The notes under the pieces are model-generated. The model was given only the letters and a program-made list of their open reading frames with translations, did no database searches and had not been told where the DNA came from. Both the position numbers and the translations under genes were made by a program. A stretch of 64,000 bases of DNA from Nitrosopumilus sp. LS_AOA (lineage in GTDB: Archaea; Thermoproteota; Nitrososphaeria; Nitrososphaerales; Nitrosopumilaceae). Where the stretch lies: NCBI GenBank assembly GCA_001543015.1, contig LFLC01000057.1:27457-91456 (forward strand). The letters run 5' to 3'. This document shows, piece after piece, positions 9,184 to 19,277 of the stretch; positions within the stretch are counted from its first letter, which is position 1; the number at the start of each line of letters is the position of its first letter.

Positions 9184-10899
9184 CTATGATTGTACACTAA
9201 GAATTCCTTCTTTGATCAAAAATTGAATTCCTTGAACAAATGATGAATCATCAATGGAGCCATCAGCCCACCAGCCTGCATTATTTTTAATCCATGCAGG
9301 AATTTCATTGGAAGTAGAACTAGTGCCTTGTGTGGTTGGTGGAATCTTTAAAACATCTTCTTTGATCAAAAATTGAATTCCTTGAACAAATGATGAATCA
9401 TCAATGGAGCCATCAGCCCACCAGCCTGCATTATTTTTAATCCATGCAGGAATTACTGCTGGAGATTGAATTTCAGGTGTAGTTGTTACAGTTTTTCCTA
9501 GATTTGGTCCAATCTCAATAATACCTGAACCAATTCCGGCATACTTTGGATTATAGTCTAATCCTGTGCCATAAGCTAGAATATCTATTCTGTATTGACC
9601 TTGAGATGGAACATAAATTTTTTGAATATCAATTCCTTCAACTGCAACAATACCTAGATTCAGAGGATCATCTCCAGAAAATCTTTCTAGTTCTTGATTA
9701 CTTGCATTATCAATAAATGAAATTGAATATCTAATGTCTTTGATTAAATCTCTGTTTTCATTAAAAAATGTAATTTCAAAAGGTACATCATCACCTGCAC
9801 CATAATTTCCATCCCATGAAATATTTACTGTAGTTGGAACTTGTTCATTTTGAATGTCAACTAGATAAAATTCAGTTGAACTCTTTGATACTTCACTAAG
9901 TGGAACTAATTTCAAATTCATCTTTTTGTTATCATAATTATCTGAACCTAATGTTTCATTGATTTTTTGTAACTCATTTTTTGTAATTAAGAAATGAACA
10001 ATATTTGTGTCATCATATGAATAAGGATCATTTAGTAATGCTCTTTGATCAATTTCTACACCATTAACATATCCTTTGAATTGTTTTCCTTCTGCATAGG
10101 GTGCAAATGATTTTGGAACTCTAACTTCTTCATGTACTACTTGTACCAAATTAACATAATCTGGACTCCAATCAAATGGCATATCAAATGAGATTGAATT
10201 ATCTGATTCATCAAATTTAAAATTATCAATATCATCATAGTATGTTTTTACAACAACTGGAACTTCAGCATATGCGGTTTGAATAAAAAAGTCTTGTTCT
10301 TGTGCAACACTAACAAAAGTATCATAACTTAGCATATCAGCAACTAAAGTTCTTGGGCTAGTTGCAGCTTCAATGTTAACTTTGATGTTGTATAATCCAC
10401 CTTTTACAAATATTGGACCTGTGATAGAGGGTCTTGCACAAATATCCAAATTATCATCATTACATGCTACACCGTATACGTATAGAGCACCAGGAGCACT
10501 AACATGCTCTGAACCACCATAAGTTGTACATTGATGAAGATTAACTGCATCACATCCAGATTGTGGTTTAATTTTTACATCTAATCTTCCATCATCATCA
10601 TAAAAAAAATTTCTAGCTAAAAGTTCACCACTTTGCCATAATTCCACTCTAAATGTAACTTGATCAAGATTTTTGTCAGTTAATGTATCAAAGAAACGTA
10701 TCTGCATATTTGCAGAATCAATTTCTCCAACTGTGATATCAGATGGAGATAATTGTGTACGTACAGTTACTTCCATATCACCAAATGATATTGGTTCAGC
10801 TTGATCTCCACCTAATCCATGTCCAAATGCATTTGGAAGAACGGTAGAAATCGAGAAAATACCAACAACTATGGCTAATAATGCAAACTTGGCATACAT
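9184..10899 (-). CDS. Secreted surface protein, HGxG paralog 2, with two [12 protein letters not shown] repeats
   Basis: Signal peptide [10 protein letters not shown]; shared MPFDWS, VVHEE and IVHF motifs; duplicated C-terminal domain. Confidence 0.8.
   Translation of the reverse strand: MYAKFALLAIVVGIFSISTVLPNAFGHGLGGDQAEPISFGDMEVTVRTQLSPSDITVGEIDSANMQIRFFDTLTDKNLDQVTFRVELWQSGELLARNFFYDDDGRLDVKIKPQSGCDAVNLHQCTTYGGSEHVSAPGALYVYGVACNDDNLDICARPSITGPIFVKGGLYNIKVNIEAATSPRTLVADMLSYDTFVSVAQEQDFFIQTAYAEVPVVVKTYYDDIDNFKFDESDNSISFDMPFDWSPDYVNLVQVVHEEVRVPKSFAPYAEGKQFKGYVNGVEIDQRALLNDPYSYDDTNIVHFLITKNELQKINETLGSDNYDNKKMNLKLVPLSEVSKSSTEFYLVDIQNEQVPTTVNISWDGNYGAGDDVPFEITFFNENRDLIKDIRYSISFIDNASNQELERFSGDDPLNLGIVAVEGIDIQKIYVPSQGQYRIDILAYGTGLDYNPKYAGIGSGIIEIGPNLGKTVTTTPEIQSPAVIPAWIKNNAGWWADGSIDDSSFVQGIQFLIKEDVLKIPPTTQGTSSTSNEIPAWIKNNAGWWADGSIDDSSFVQGIQFLIKEGILSVQS
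9207..9454. repeat. Perfect 98-bp direct repeat (9207-9304 and 9357-9454) encoding the duplicated [12 protein letters not shown] domain
   Basis: Base-by-base comparison; 150-bp period. Confidence 0.9.
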
Positions 10900-11004
10900 A
10901 GCACAAATTAGTCAATTCCATATTTAAAGCTGGTATAGTATTTCTATTCATGAAAATTTTTCAAACAAAGTAGAATTTTTATTTGTCATACTAAAATTGA
11001 AATT

Positions 11005-11832
11005 ATGAAAATTTTGTTGGTATTGTTACTTGTTACATTTATGATAATTCCAGCTTTTGCTGAAACACAAACTTTACCAACAGAGCAAGGAACATTAGAT
11101 GTAAAACTAACATATGATACAATAGAACAAGACATTCTAAATAAAATTGGTATTGAATTTATTAATCCGCAAACACAAAAGATACAAATTCATATTGATT
11201 ACATAGTTACAGTTTCAAAAAATAATGAAACAGTTTTTGGGCCCACACAATTAATTCACACGTCTGAAGGAGCTGTAAAAATCCCAATTGAATTTAATCT
11301 TGGTGAAGGTACATATTCTATGAATATTGAAGTACAGGGAATTTTATTTAATCCAATTCCACCAGAAACTGTTTCATTTGAGATTTCAGTAGGTGAGGCT
11401 TTTGCACAGCCAGATTCTGAAAATGGAGTAGCAGAAGATACTTCAAATGGAGGCGGTTGTTTAATTGCAACTGCAGCATTTGGTTCAGAATTAGCACCTC
11501 AAGTACAACAATTAAGAGAACTTAGAGATAATACTATTTTATCAACAGAATCTGGAACTGCATTTATGGCAGGATTTAATCAATTCTATTATTCATTTTC
11601 ACCAATAGTATCTGATTTGGAACGTGAAAGTCCAATTTTCAAAGAAGCAGTAAAACTAACACTAACTCCAATGATTTCTACTTTATCAATAATGACATTA
11701 GCTGAAGATGGTAATGAATCACAAGTATTAGGACTAGGAATTTCTGTAATTATACTTAACTTGGGAATGTACATTACAATACCTGCAATAGCTGGCTTTG
11801 TAATTAGTAAACGCATTAAATCAAGAAATTAA
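11005..11832 (+). CDS. Secreted protein with CFI-box-CTERM-type tail
   Basis: Signal peptide; GGGCLIATAAFGSELAPQVQQLRELRD; C-terminal TM helix plus basic tail. Confidence 0.8.
   Translation: MKILLVLLLVTFMIIPAFAETQTLPTEQGTLDVKLTYDTIEQDILNKIGIEFINPQTQKIQIHIDYIVTVSKNNETVFGPTQLIHTSEGAVKIPIEFNLGEGTYSMNIEVQGILFNPIPPETVSFEISVGEAFAQPDSENGVAEDTSNGGGCLIATAAFGSELAPQVQQLRELRDNTILSTESGTAFMAGFNQFYYSFSPIVSDLERESPIFKEAVKLTLTPMISTLSIMTLAEDGNESQVLGLGISVIILNLGMYITIPAIAGFVISKRIKSRN
11464..11673 (+). repeat. 210-bp repeat copy A (inverted relative to 19431-19640)
   Basis: 11 mismatches in 210 bp by manual alignment to the reverse complement of 19431-19640. Confidence 0.85.
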
Positions 11833-11934
11833 TCCTTTAACTCCAACAATCTGGACTTTCGCATTACATTCATCTAAAACATTGTCAAAATGATAAATCT
11901 ATCTTAACAAGGATTGAAACATTTCATATACCAA

Positions 11935-12318
11935 TTAAAGTGCAACTAGTTTTACAGTGTCCATGTTTTTGTTTGTCTGAAAATCTTTAGTCATTGTAGA
12001 TACTTTTTCTGCATCACCATCAATTACAAATAGTTCCATGCATTTTTCTTTGTCAATTTTACTATGAAGATGTGTGATGATTAGATCCTCAAAATTATGA
12101 GTAATTCCAGAAACTGCATGATCAAATTTATCATTGTGTACTACCAAAAGAATTGCATGAATATTTCCAGACAAATCTGATTTTTGTTTTTCTTCAGAAA
12201 CAAATGCTCTAATTCCTGCTCTGATTGCCTCAGACCTACCTGAGAATCCCATAGATAATTGTAATTTGTCTAATTCTGAAAGAATTTCATCATTTAATGA
12301 GATTGAAACTATGGGCAT
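11935..12318 (-). CDS. NikR-family ribbon-helix-helix metalloregulator
   Basis: MPIVSISL...GRSEAIR RHH domain; C-terminal H...HLH...CME ACT-like metal domain. Confidence 0.88.
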   Translation of the reverse strand: MPIVSISLNDEILSELDKLQLSMGFSGRSEAIRAGIRAFVSEEKQKSDLSGNIHAILLVVHNDKFDHAVSGITHNFEDLIITHLHSKIDKEKCMELFVIDGDAEKVSTMTKDFQTNKNMDTVKLVAL

Positions 12319-12361
12319 ATGCCTAATGTTATTAATTATCTTATAAGTTTAGCAGTCAATG

Positions 12362-12390
12362 TTATTAAGATTTTATAGATTTATTAATAA
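12362..12390. promoter_or_regulatory. Candidate NikR-type operator TTATTAA-N15-TTAATAA
   Basis: Inverted repeat in the 90-bp divergent intergenic region; AATGTTATTAA also occurs twice (12325, 12358). AT-rich context limits specificity. Confidence 0.4.
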
Positions 12391-12408
12391 TTTGCATTAA
12401 CTTGGTTT

Positions 12409-13305
12409 GTGAATATTCAAGTAAAAGCTGCAATAATTGCTATAGTAATTATAATTCCATTAAGCTCAATTGCAGTTTATGGGACTGATTCAAATCAACA
12501 ATTTACAAAAAACGATAATTCAAAATTACAAGTAATTTCTTCATTTTATCCCCTCCATGAATTCTCTCAACATGTAGGTGAGGACAAAGTTGATGAAATA
12601 TTACTTGTTCCAGTTGGAGTTGAACCACATGATTGGGAACCAACAATTAAAGATGTACAAAGAATGCAACAATCTGATCTAATTATAATAAATGGAATTG
12701 GATTTGAAAATTGGGTTGACAAATTAGATGAAACAAATTATCAAGGTGTAATAGTTGATACAAGTAATAATATTTCAGATGAGGAATTAATTAAAAATTC
12801 TGGAGATCCACATATATGGCTAAATCCAGTTTATGCAAAAATCCAAGTACAAAATATTGCAAATGCTTTTTCTATTTCAGATCCTGAAAATCAACAATTC
12901 TATCAATCAAATGCTGTAAAATATATCAAAGAGTTAGATTCACTTGATACAAAAATTCAAAATGAATTATCTGATTGTACTCGTGATTTTGTTTCTTTTC
13001 ATGATGCGTTTTCATACTTTGCAAAAGAATATGATCTAAACCAACATACTATCATTTCATCAAATGGTATGCATGGAGATACTACTGCAAAAAAATTAGA
13101 AAATGTAATTACAACTGCAAAAAAATTTAACATTACAGTAATTTTTAGTGAAGAAAATACTGATACTAGAACATCAAAAATTATTGCACATGAAATTGGT
13201 GGAAAAGTTTTATTGTTATCTACTTTGGAAGTTTCTTCAAATGGAAATTATATTTCCAAAATGACTGAAAATCTTGAAAATCTAAAGGAGGCCCTATGTC
13301 AATAG
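12409..13305 (+). CDS. znuA: Zn/Mn ABC transporter substrate-binding protein (ZnuA/TroA family)
   Basis: EPHDWEP, DPHIWLNP and HDAFSYF metal ligands. Confidence 0.88.
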   Translation: MNIQVKAAIIAIVIIIPLSSIAVYGTDSNQQFTKNDNSKLQVISSFYPLHEFSQHVGEDKVDEILLVPVGVEPHDWEPTIKDVQRMQQSDLIIINGIGFENWVDKLDETNYQGVIVDTSNNISDEELIKNSGDPHIWLNPVYAKIQVQNIANAFSISDPENQQFYQSNAVKYIKELDSLDTKIQNELSDCTRDFVSFHDAFSYFAKEYDLNQHTIISSNGMHGDTTAKKLENVITTAKKFNITVIFSEENTDTRTSKIIAHEIGGKVLLLSTLEVSSNGNYISKMTENLENLKEALCQ

Positions 13306-14015
13306 TTGAAATTAATAATCTCACAGTTCATTATCCAGATGTAAAGGCCCTTGATGATGTGAGCTTTGTAGTTAATGAAGGCGACTTTTTAGGCATAATT
13401 GGACCAAATGGTGCTGGAAAATCCACTCTTTTTGATTGCATGTTGAGGCTAAATACCAAATACAAAGGGATAATCAAATTTTTTGGAAAAGATATTAGAG
13501 ATTCAAAAAATTATCTTAAAGGAATTGGATATGTTCCACAAAAACCAATTTTTGAAAAAAACTTCCCAGTTACAGTAAACGATGTTGTACAAATGGGGTT
13601 AAGAAATGAATCTGATAAAGAAAAAATTGATGAAATATTACAACAGTTATGGATACATGAATTACGTAACAGAAGAATTGGTGAGTTATCTGGAGGACAA
13701 CAACAACGAGTCTTTATTGCAAAAGCATTAGTGCATGATCCAAAAATTTTGATTCTAGATGAACCAGTAGCTGGAATTGATCAACAAAGTATTGAATTAT
13801 TTTATAGTATTTTACGTGAACTAAATTCTAAACAAAAAATTACAATTATTTGGTCTTCTCATGATCTTGATGCCGTAAATAAACTTGCAAATCATGTAGC
13901 ATGTTTGAATAGAACATTATTTTTTCATGGTGAATCTGAAAAATTCTTTTCTGATGACAAGCTTGTAAAGCAATATTCTGAAGCATCAATGCAAGAACAC
14001 ATGCATCATCATTAA
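13296..14015 (+). CDS. znuC: Zn/Mn ABC transporter ATPase
   Basis: GPNGAGKS, LSGGQQQR, LDEP; His-rich C-terminus EHMHHH. Confidence 0.9.
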   Translation: MSIVEINNLTVHYPDVKALDDVSFVVNEGDFLGIIGPNGAGKSTLFDCMLRLNTKYKGIIKFFGKDIRDSKNYLKGIGYVPQKPIFEKNFPVTVNDVVQMGLRNESDKEKIDEILQQLWIHELRNRRIGELSGGQQQRVFIAKALVHDPKILILDEPVAGIDQQSIELFYSILRELNSKQKITIIWSSHDLDAVNKLANHVACLNRTLFFHGESEKFFSDDKLVKQYSEASMQEHMHHH

Positions 14016-14017
14016 TC

Positions 14018-14836
14018 ATGTCATTTGAAATTCTAACATACAGCTTTATGCATAGAGCATTAATTTCTGGAATTGCAATTGCAATTCTTTGTTCAGTTGT
14101 TGGCTTATTTTTAGTATTGAGACGTTATTCATTATTTGGTGATGCAATAGCTCATTCATCATTTGGTGGAATTGCATTAGGTTTGCTAGCAGGTGTTTAT
14201 CCATTGTTGACTGCTTATGGTGTTTCAATAATTAGTGCATTAATAATTACAAAAATCAAGGACAAATACAATATTTCAGGCGATGCATCAATTGCTGTAC
14301 TTTTATCCTCAGGAATAGCAGTTGGGCTCGTAATTATTGGTTTTTCAGGTGGATTTACGATTGATATCTTTAGTTTTCTATTTGGAAGTATTCTTTTAGT
14401 TAGTGTAGATGATACTATTCTAATTTTATCATTAACTGGAATCATTCTAATTGTAATTTTATTATTGTATAGACAAATTCTTTATTCCACATTTAATGAA
14501 GAACAAGCTAAAGTTAGTGGTATCCCTGTTGAAAAAATTAATTATTTGATTGTATTTATGGCAGGAATTACTGTGGTGACAGCAGTTCAACTTGTAGGTG
14601 TTTTGTTAATTTCAGCCCTATTTGTAATTCCAAATGTTACTGCAATAATGTATGGAAAAGGTTTCAAACAGACAGCAATAATCTCAATGAGTTTCTCTGT
14701 TTTTTCTGTTGTTGCAGGAATTTTAATTTCATATATTTTTGACATTACTCCTGCAGGAACCATTGTTTTATTATCAATTGGATTACTTGGAGGAACAATG
14801 GGGATAAAGTCAGCAGGACTATTATCTAAGAATTAA
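14018..14836 (+). CDS. znuB: Zn/Mn ABC transporter permease (ABC-3)
   Basis: LRRYSLFGDAIAH, FLFGSIL, VGVLLISAL. Confidence 0.9.
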   Translation: MSFEILTYSFMHRALISGIAIAILCSVVGLFLVLRRYSLFGDAIAHSSFGGIALGLLAGVYPLLTAYGVSIISALIITKIKDKYNISGDASIAVLLSSGIAVGLVIIGFSGGFTIDIFSFLFGSILLVSVDDTILILSLTGIILIVILLLYRQILYSTFNEEQAKVSGIPVEKINYLIVFMAGITVVTAVQLVGVLLISALFVIPNVTAIMYGKGFKQTAIISMSFSVFSVVAGILISYIFDITPAGTIVLLSIGLLGGTMGIKSAGLLSKN

Positions 14837-17606
14837 TTAAAGAGTTTAGTCTTCTTTTATCTTGAACACTTTTTACATAAAACAATGATGTTGCAATAAT
14901 TCCTAATGCAACTAGTGGTGATGCAATCTCTGTATATTTTAATTCAAAATTACTAGTTGTTTGTATTTGTGATGGAATAACTGGAATTTCTGTTATTTTT
15001 ATTGTTCCAAGCTTGTTTGATTGCTGTTCTACAAACCATACATTATCATTTCCATCTGTTGTCATGAATTGTACAAATGATGTTTCAGTTGGAATTGGAA
15101 TCTCGATCAAATTATTGTTATCTGGATCATATACTCCGATATTATCTACTGTGTGTTCTGCAAACCAAATATTCCCATATTTGTCAAGTGTCATTCCAAA
15201 TGGTAATGCATCTTTATTTGGTACTGAAATTTTCTCAAATGTCTCTAAAACGGGGTTAAATTTGGTAATTGCTGAGCCTGTATGTTCTGCAATCCATAAA
15301 TTTCCATCATTATCAAACATTAATGCTTCAGGGGACTGAAGTGGAGAGTCACTTGAGAATTGAGTAATTTGATTATTTTCAGGATTAATGAATCCAATTT
15401 TACCTGTACCTGATGTAGAATACCATATTTTTCCATCATCATTTACTGTTAAAGCAAATGGAAATGACTCTCTTTCTAATTGTATTACTTCAAATGTATC
15501 TAATTCTGGTAAATATTTTACAATACTATCTTTGTTTATGATACTTATCCAAATATTCCCATCAAAATCTGCTTGAATAAAGATTGGAGCGTTATCGGAT
15601 ATTGTAGGATCTAGATTTGGAATTGTTTTTGTTGTAATTTGTTTATTTTCTGGATCAAAGAAACCAATTTGATTTCTTGGAGTATCTACAAACCATATTT
15701 TTCCACTATTATCTTGTGTTAGAAACATTGTAGCTAGACCATCAAATGAATATGAAGTAAATTCTTGTGAATCAAGTGAAAATTGCCACAATCGTGGAGA
15801 TGATGCATCACTTAACCAAATAGAATTTTTTCCATCATACAATGGGAAAAGAGGTTTAGCATCTTTTGGTAATTCATATTCAATTATTTGAGTTTGAATG
15901 TTTACTAGTTGTGGTTTTATCAGTAAATTCATTATTTTTGATTCGTTAGCATTCTCAGTTCTTTGTGCTTCAACTTCTAATAACCAAACTCCAGAAAATC
16001 CAAATGTTATTTCACCTTGAAATTCAGTTGGTCTGTTCTCACTTTGTTTGATTAAATTCATTGGGATTTCAATTGGAGAGATATTTTTTAATGGATTTGA
16101 AATTTTTACTTTAATTTGATTTGAATCTGAAAGTGGTTTATTTTCAAAGTCACTCACTTTAACTAGAATTGTATTTACACCACTTGAAAATGGTGAAATT
16201 TCAATGCCAAATTTTGCTTTTTCAGTAAATTCGATAGTCTTAAAACCATAGATTATTTCTTGTGCTTCAACTTTTTGAATTTCTCCTGCTGGAAGTGTTC
16301 CATTAGTTAGTAATGCCACTACTCCTAATAGAGCAATTCCCAATACTACATCAACTTTGAGTGATCTCTTTAGTTTTCTATGAACAGAAATTTTTCCTGA
16401 CTGAATATTTTTTTCTGCATTTTTTTGTATTCGAAACTGGAAAAATCCACCAAACCCAATTATTATTGCAGCAATTGCAATTTTTAAAATAATTAATTGG
16501 CCATAAACGGATTCTGTAATTAATCCTACATCACTTTCTAAGAACCACATTAGAGTTGGTCCTGTAATTAATACAACACCAATTGCAATAATAAAAGCAA
16601 TTGAAAATCTTGGAATAAGTAATAAACTCATTTTCTCTCGTTTTGATTCTTTTAACTGTGCAAATGTTGGTAATAATGTGAAAACAAAATAGAATATTCC
16701 ACCTATCCATACTGCTGAAACTAAATTATGTATGTAATCTAAAACAAGTGCAGGTGTTTCTCCACTAGCTGCACCATGTCCTATTAAACTTGAAGTTCCA
16801 ATTAATACAAGCATTGCTACTAACATTGATATTTGATTTTTCTTTGATAGAACTTTTTTCCTATTCAATCCAAACCAAATTCCCAGTAAAATTACCGTAA
16901 TTGTCATTCTAATGATCCAAATGTTTCCAAAATCGGTTTGAATTGCATCAAATACTGATGCTTCTAATCTAATAGATTGAATAGCAATCATCAAAATATT
17001 TGAAATAAAAATTAAAATTAGTCCTATACCTGTAAGTGTCATAAATTTTCTATGATGGAATGTTTCTATCTTGTCTAATTCTTCTCGAATTAATTGCTTG
17101 TTTTGTGTACCCCAAATTATTAGAGATGAAATTATTACTCCTAAAACGATTGTTTGACCAACAAGACCTGGAAACCTAGCTCCTGCTTCGGGTAAAAATA
17201 CTATTTCTGATGGTCTTTCAAATTCTAATGATGCAGAATCTACTATAGCATTACCTATTGCAAACAAGAATGCATCAGGAACTAAATGCCCATCAACTTT
17301 TGAGAGAACTTTAGTTGTTACAGTATAAACTCCGTCTTCTAATGGAGGAGTTGTAACAATAAGAGATAATTCATCTTCAAAGTAATCGGTATCTTTGTTA
17401 TCTATTTGATTTCCATTATTATCAAGTACTTTTACTTCACTAAAGTTTATGTCAATTGGTTCTGAAAAAAATATGATTACTTCTGAAGTACCCGTTGGAG
17501 CATTAGATACTAAGCTTGGAATAGTTTCTTCTGTAAATGGATGTGCATATACAAGTGGAATTGATATTGATGAAAATACAAGTAATAGTATTAGCAATCC
17601 TCTCAT
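14826..17606 (-). CDS. CopC-CopD fusion with a C-terminal Vgb/NHL-like beta-propeller
   Basis: VYA|HPF...KVLSKVDGH (CopC); LIGHGA...DYIHNL..WIGG (CopD); repeated DxxGxIWF blades; C-terminal TM helix. Confidence 0.85.
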   Translation of the reverse strand: MRGLLILLLVFSSISIPLVYAHPFTEETIPSLVSNAPTGTSEVIIFFSEPIDINFSEVKVLDNNGNQIDNKDTDYFEDELSLIVTTPPLEDGVYTVTTKVLSKVDGHLVPDAFLFAIGNAIVDSASLEFERPSEIVFLPEAGARFPGLVGQTIVLGVIISSLIIWGTQNKQLIREELDKIETFHHRKFMTLTGIGLILIFISNILMIAIQSIRLEASVFDAIQTDFGNIWIIRMTITVILLGIWFGLNRKKVLSKKNQISMLVAMLVLIGTSSLIGHGAASGETPALVLDYIHNLVSAVWIGGIFYFVFTLLPTFAQLKESKREKMSLLLIPRFSIAFIIAIGVVLITGPTLMWFLESDVGLITESVYGQLIILKIAIAAIIIGFGGFFQFRIQKNAEKNIQSGKISVHRKLKRSLKVDVVLGIALLGVVALLTNGTLPAGEIQKVEAQEIIYGFKTIEFTEKAKFGIEISPFSSGVNTILVKVSDFENKPLSDSNQIKVKISNPLKNISPIEIPMNLIKQSENRPTEFQGEITFGFSGVWLLEVEAQRTENANESKIMNLLIKPQLVNIQTQIIEYELPKDAKPLFPLYDGKNSIWLSDASSPRLWQFSLDSQEFTSYSFDGLATMFLTQDNSGKIWFVDTPRNQIGFFDPENKQITTKTIPNLDPTISDNAPIFIQADFDGNIWISIINKDSIVKYLPELDTFEVIQLERESFPFALTVNDDGKIWYSTSGTGKIGFINPENNQITQFSSDSPLQSPEALMFDNDGNLWIAEHTGSAITKFNPVLETFEKISVPNKDALPFGMTLDKYGNIWFAEHTVDNIGVYDPDNNNLIEIPIPTETSFVQFMTTDGNDNVWFVEQQSNKLGTIKITEIPVIPSQIQTTSNFELKYTEIASPLVALGIIATSLFYVKSVQDKRRLNSLINS

Positions 17607-17700
17607 TTACTCTTACGATCATCTTTGATAATTTAAACAGTTTATCAATAATTCGAGATTTATCCCATTTCACGTAAAGATAATAATATGTAATTTCCAA

Positions 17701-18339
17701 TTGGATATAGTGAAGATTATACTCTTTGTCTTTATTGGATTATTATTTTCAATTGGAATGATTATACCTTCATTTGCTCATACAACAGTTCATGTTGAAG
17801 AATATAGTATTGAAGTTGGTTGGGGAATTGAACCACCTGTTGTAGGAATTAGAAATGAAATTGTCTTTAAAATTACTGAATCCGGAGAAAATGAAGGAAC
17901 TTATTCTGGAGTAACTAGTGTCTTCAAAGATGTTGATGCAACTGTGATGTTTGGAGGTATATCAAAAAAAATAGATATTAATTCAGATCCAAGACCTGGA
18001 TATTATTTTTCACCGATTATTCCAACTAAAATAGGAACTTACATGGTAGAACTAAAAGGTGAACTAAGAGGGATTCCAATTGATATTAAAATTCCAGTTG
18101 AAGATATAGAATCTACTGCAGTACTGGATTTTCCACCTACAAATAGTGAAGGAACTGCTGATGTAACTGCTCTAAAGAATGCAATATCCTCTTTACAACA
18201 AGATGTTTCGAAACTAAAATCTGGTAAAACTTCTGTTCCATCTGATGGTGGAGCAGCTTATGACTTTGCAATATTTGGATTATCAATTGCTGCAGCAGCT
18301 ATCATTCTGTCGATAATTGCTTTAATAAAAAGAAAATAA
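17701..18339 (+). CDS. Secreted membrane-anchored protein, mature N-terminus predicted HTTVH
   Basis: Signal peptide SFA|H; VGWGIEPP; coiled coil plus C-terminal TM/basic tail. Confidence 0.75.
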   Translation: MDIVKIILFVFIGLLFSIGMIIPSFAHTTVHVEEYSIEVGWGIEPPVVGIRNEIVFKITESGENEGTYSGVTSVFKDVDATVMFGGISKKIDINSDPRPGYYFSPIIPTKIGTYMVELKGELRGIPIDIKIPVEDIESTAVLDFPPTNSEGTADVTALKNAISSLQQDVSKLKSGKTSVPSDGGAAYDFAIFGLSIAAAAIILSIIALIKRK

Positions 18340-18352
18340 AAAAGAGGGATTC

Positions 18353-19219
18353 CTAAAATCTTGGAACAACTCTAGATTTTGCAGTTACTGCTACGATGCT
18401 TATGATTGCGACAGCTAGTATCATCATTGCAATTGTACCAAATTCTGGGACAATTTGTGATGTAGCTACTGAACCTAATGGTCCAGTCCAATCTGCTTCA
18501 GCATCTGGTGGGCCAATTCCTAGAGAAACTATTTCGATATCAATTGGACTATCATCTGATCCAATAGCATCAACCATGTGACTTGTAGTCATTTCCATGG
18601 AGTGTGCAGTTTCTTTGTAAATTTCTTCACCGTTTTGTGTTGCAGTTATTTCATAGTTGACATGTAATTCACTGAATTCAAGATCCACTTGAGTTCCGTC
18701 ATCTACTACTGAGTCGGTAATTGTTACCATCAATACTGCTTCTGCTGCTTCTGCTGCTTCTGCTGCTTCTGCTGCTTCTGCTGCTTCTGCTGCTTCTGCT
18801 GCTTCTGCTGCTTCATCTGCATGTGCTTCTTGTACTATGATTGTGCCAAACATGTATGATGCATGTAATGAACAATAGTACGGAACTTCACCTACAGTAG
18901 TTGCAATCCATTCACCAGACTGTCCTGGTTCTAGAACACCAGTATCAAATTCTTCAGTTGGATTAGGTGTAAATCCATCCACAGTTCCTGCTGTAAATGA
19001 ATGAAATCCTGTAGGATTTGAGAATATTACTTTTCCACCAACATCAACTGTTGCAGTACTTGGAGTATAACATTCTGATCCACAATCCGGACTCATTGCA
19101 TCTTCTGATGTAGCGATTGTAACTTCTGCATGATCTGCAAAAGCAGCTGGAGTTGATGAAATCATCACAGCTGCGATAGCAAATAGTACAAAGAAAGAGC
19201 AAATTGCTTTAGTCTTCAT
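18353..19219 (-). CDS. Blue (type 1) copper protein with PEFG-CTERM anchor
   Basis: HSFT...YYCSLHASYM type 1 Cu ligands; VPEFG + TM + basic tail. Confidence 0.9.
   Translation of the reverse strand: MKTKAICSFFVLFAIAAVMISSTPAAFADHAEVTIATSEDAMSPDCGSECYTPSTATVDVGGKVIFSNPTGFHSFTAGTVDGFTPNPTEEFDTGVLEPGQSGEWIATTVGEVPYYCSLHASYMFGTIIVQEAHADEAAEAAEAAEAAEAAEAAEAAEAAEAVLMVTITDSVVDDGTQVDLEFSELHVNYEITATQNGEEIYKETAHSMEMTTSHMVDAIGSDDSPIDIEIVSLGIGPPDAEADWTGPLGSVATSQIVPEFGTIAMMILAVAIISIVAVTAKSRVVPRF
18736..18814. repeat. 9-bp tandem repeat (CTGCTTCTG)x~8.7 encoding an (EAA)n linker
   Basis: Directly visible perfect tandem array. Confidence 0.92.
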
Positions 19220-19277
19220 GATATTGATTACTATTACTCATACATAAAAACTTCACTAGAATTTCAGAAAATGGAAT

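Noticed and set aside
11820..11933. Short minus-strand frame broken by TAG (LVYEMFQSLLR*IYHFDNVLDECNAKVQIVGVKGLIS) as a pseudogene or readthrough
   Set aside because: No recognisable family and too short to support
19216..19243. TCATGA-N16-TCATAC resembling the E. coli NikR box upstream of the blue-copper gene
   Set aside because: Imperfect, overlaps the start codon and does not match the motif at the regulator's own promoter
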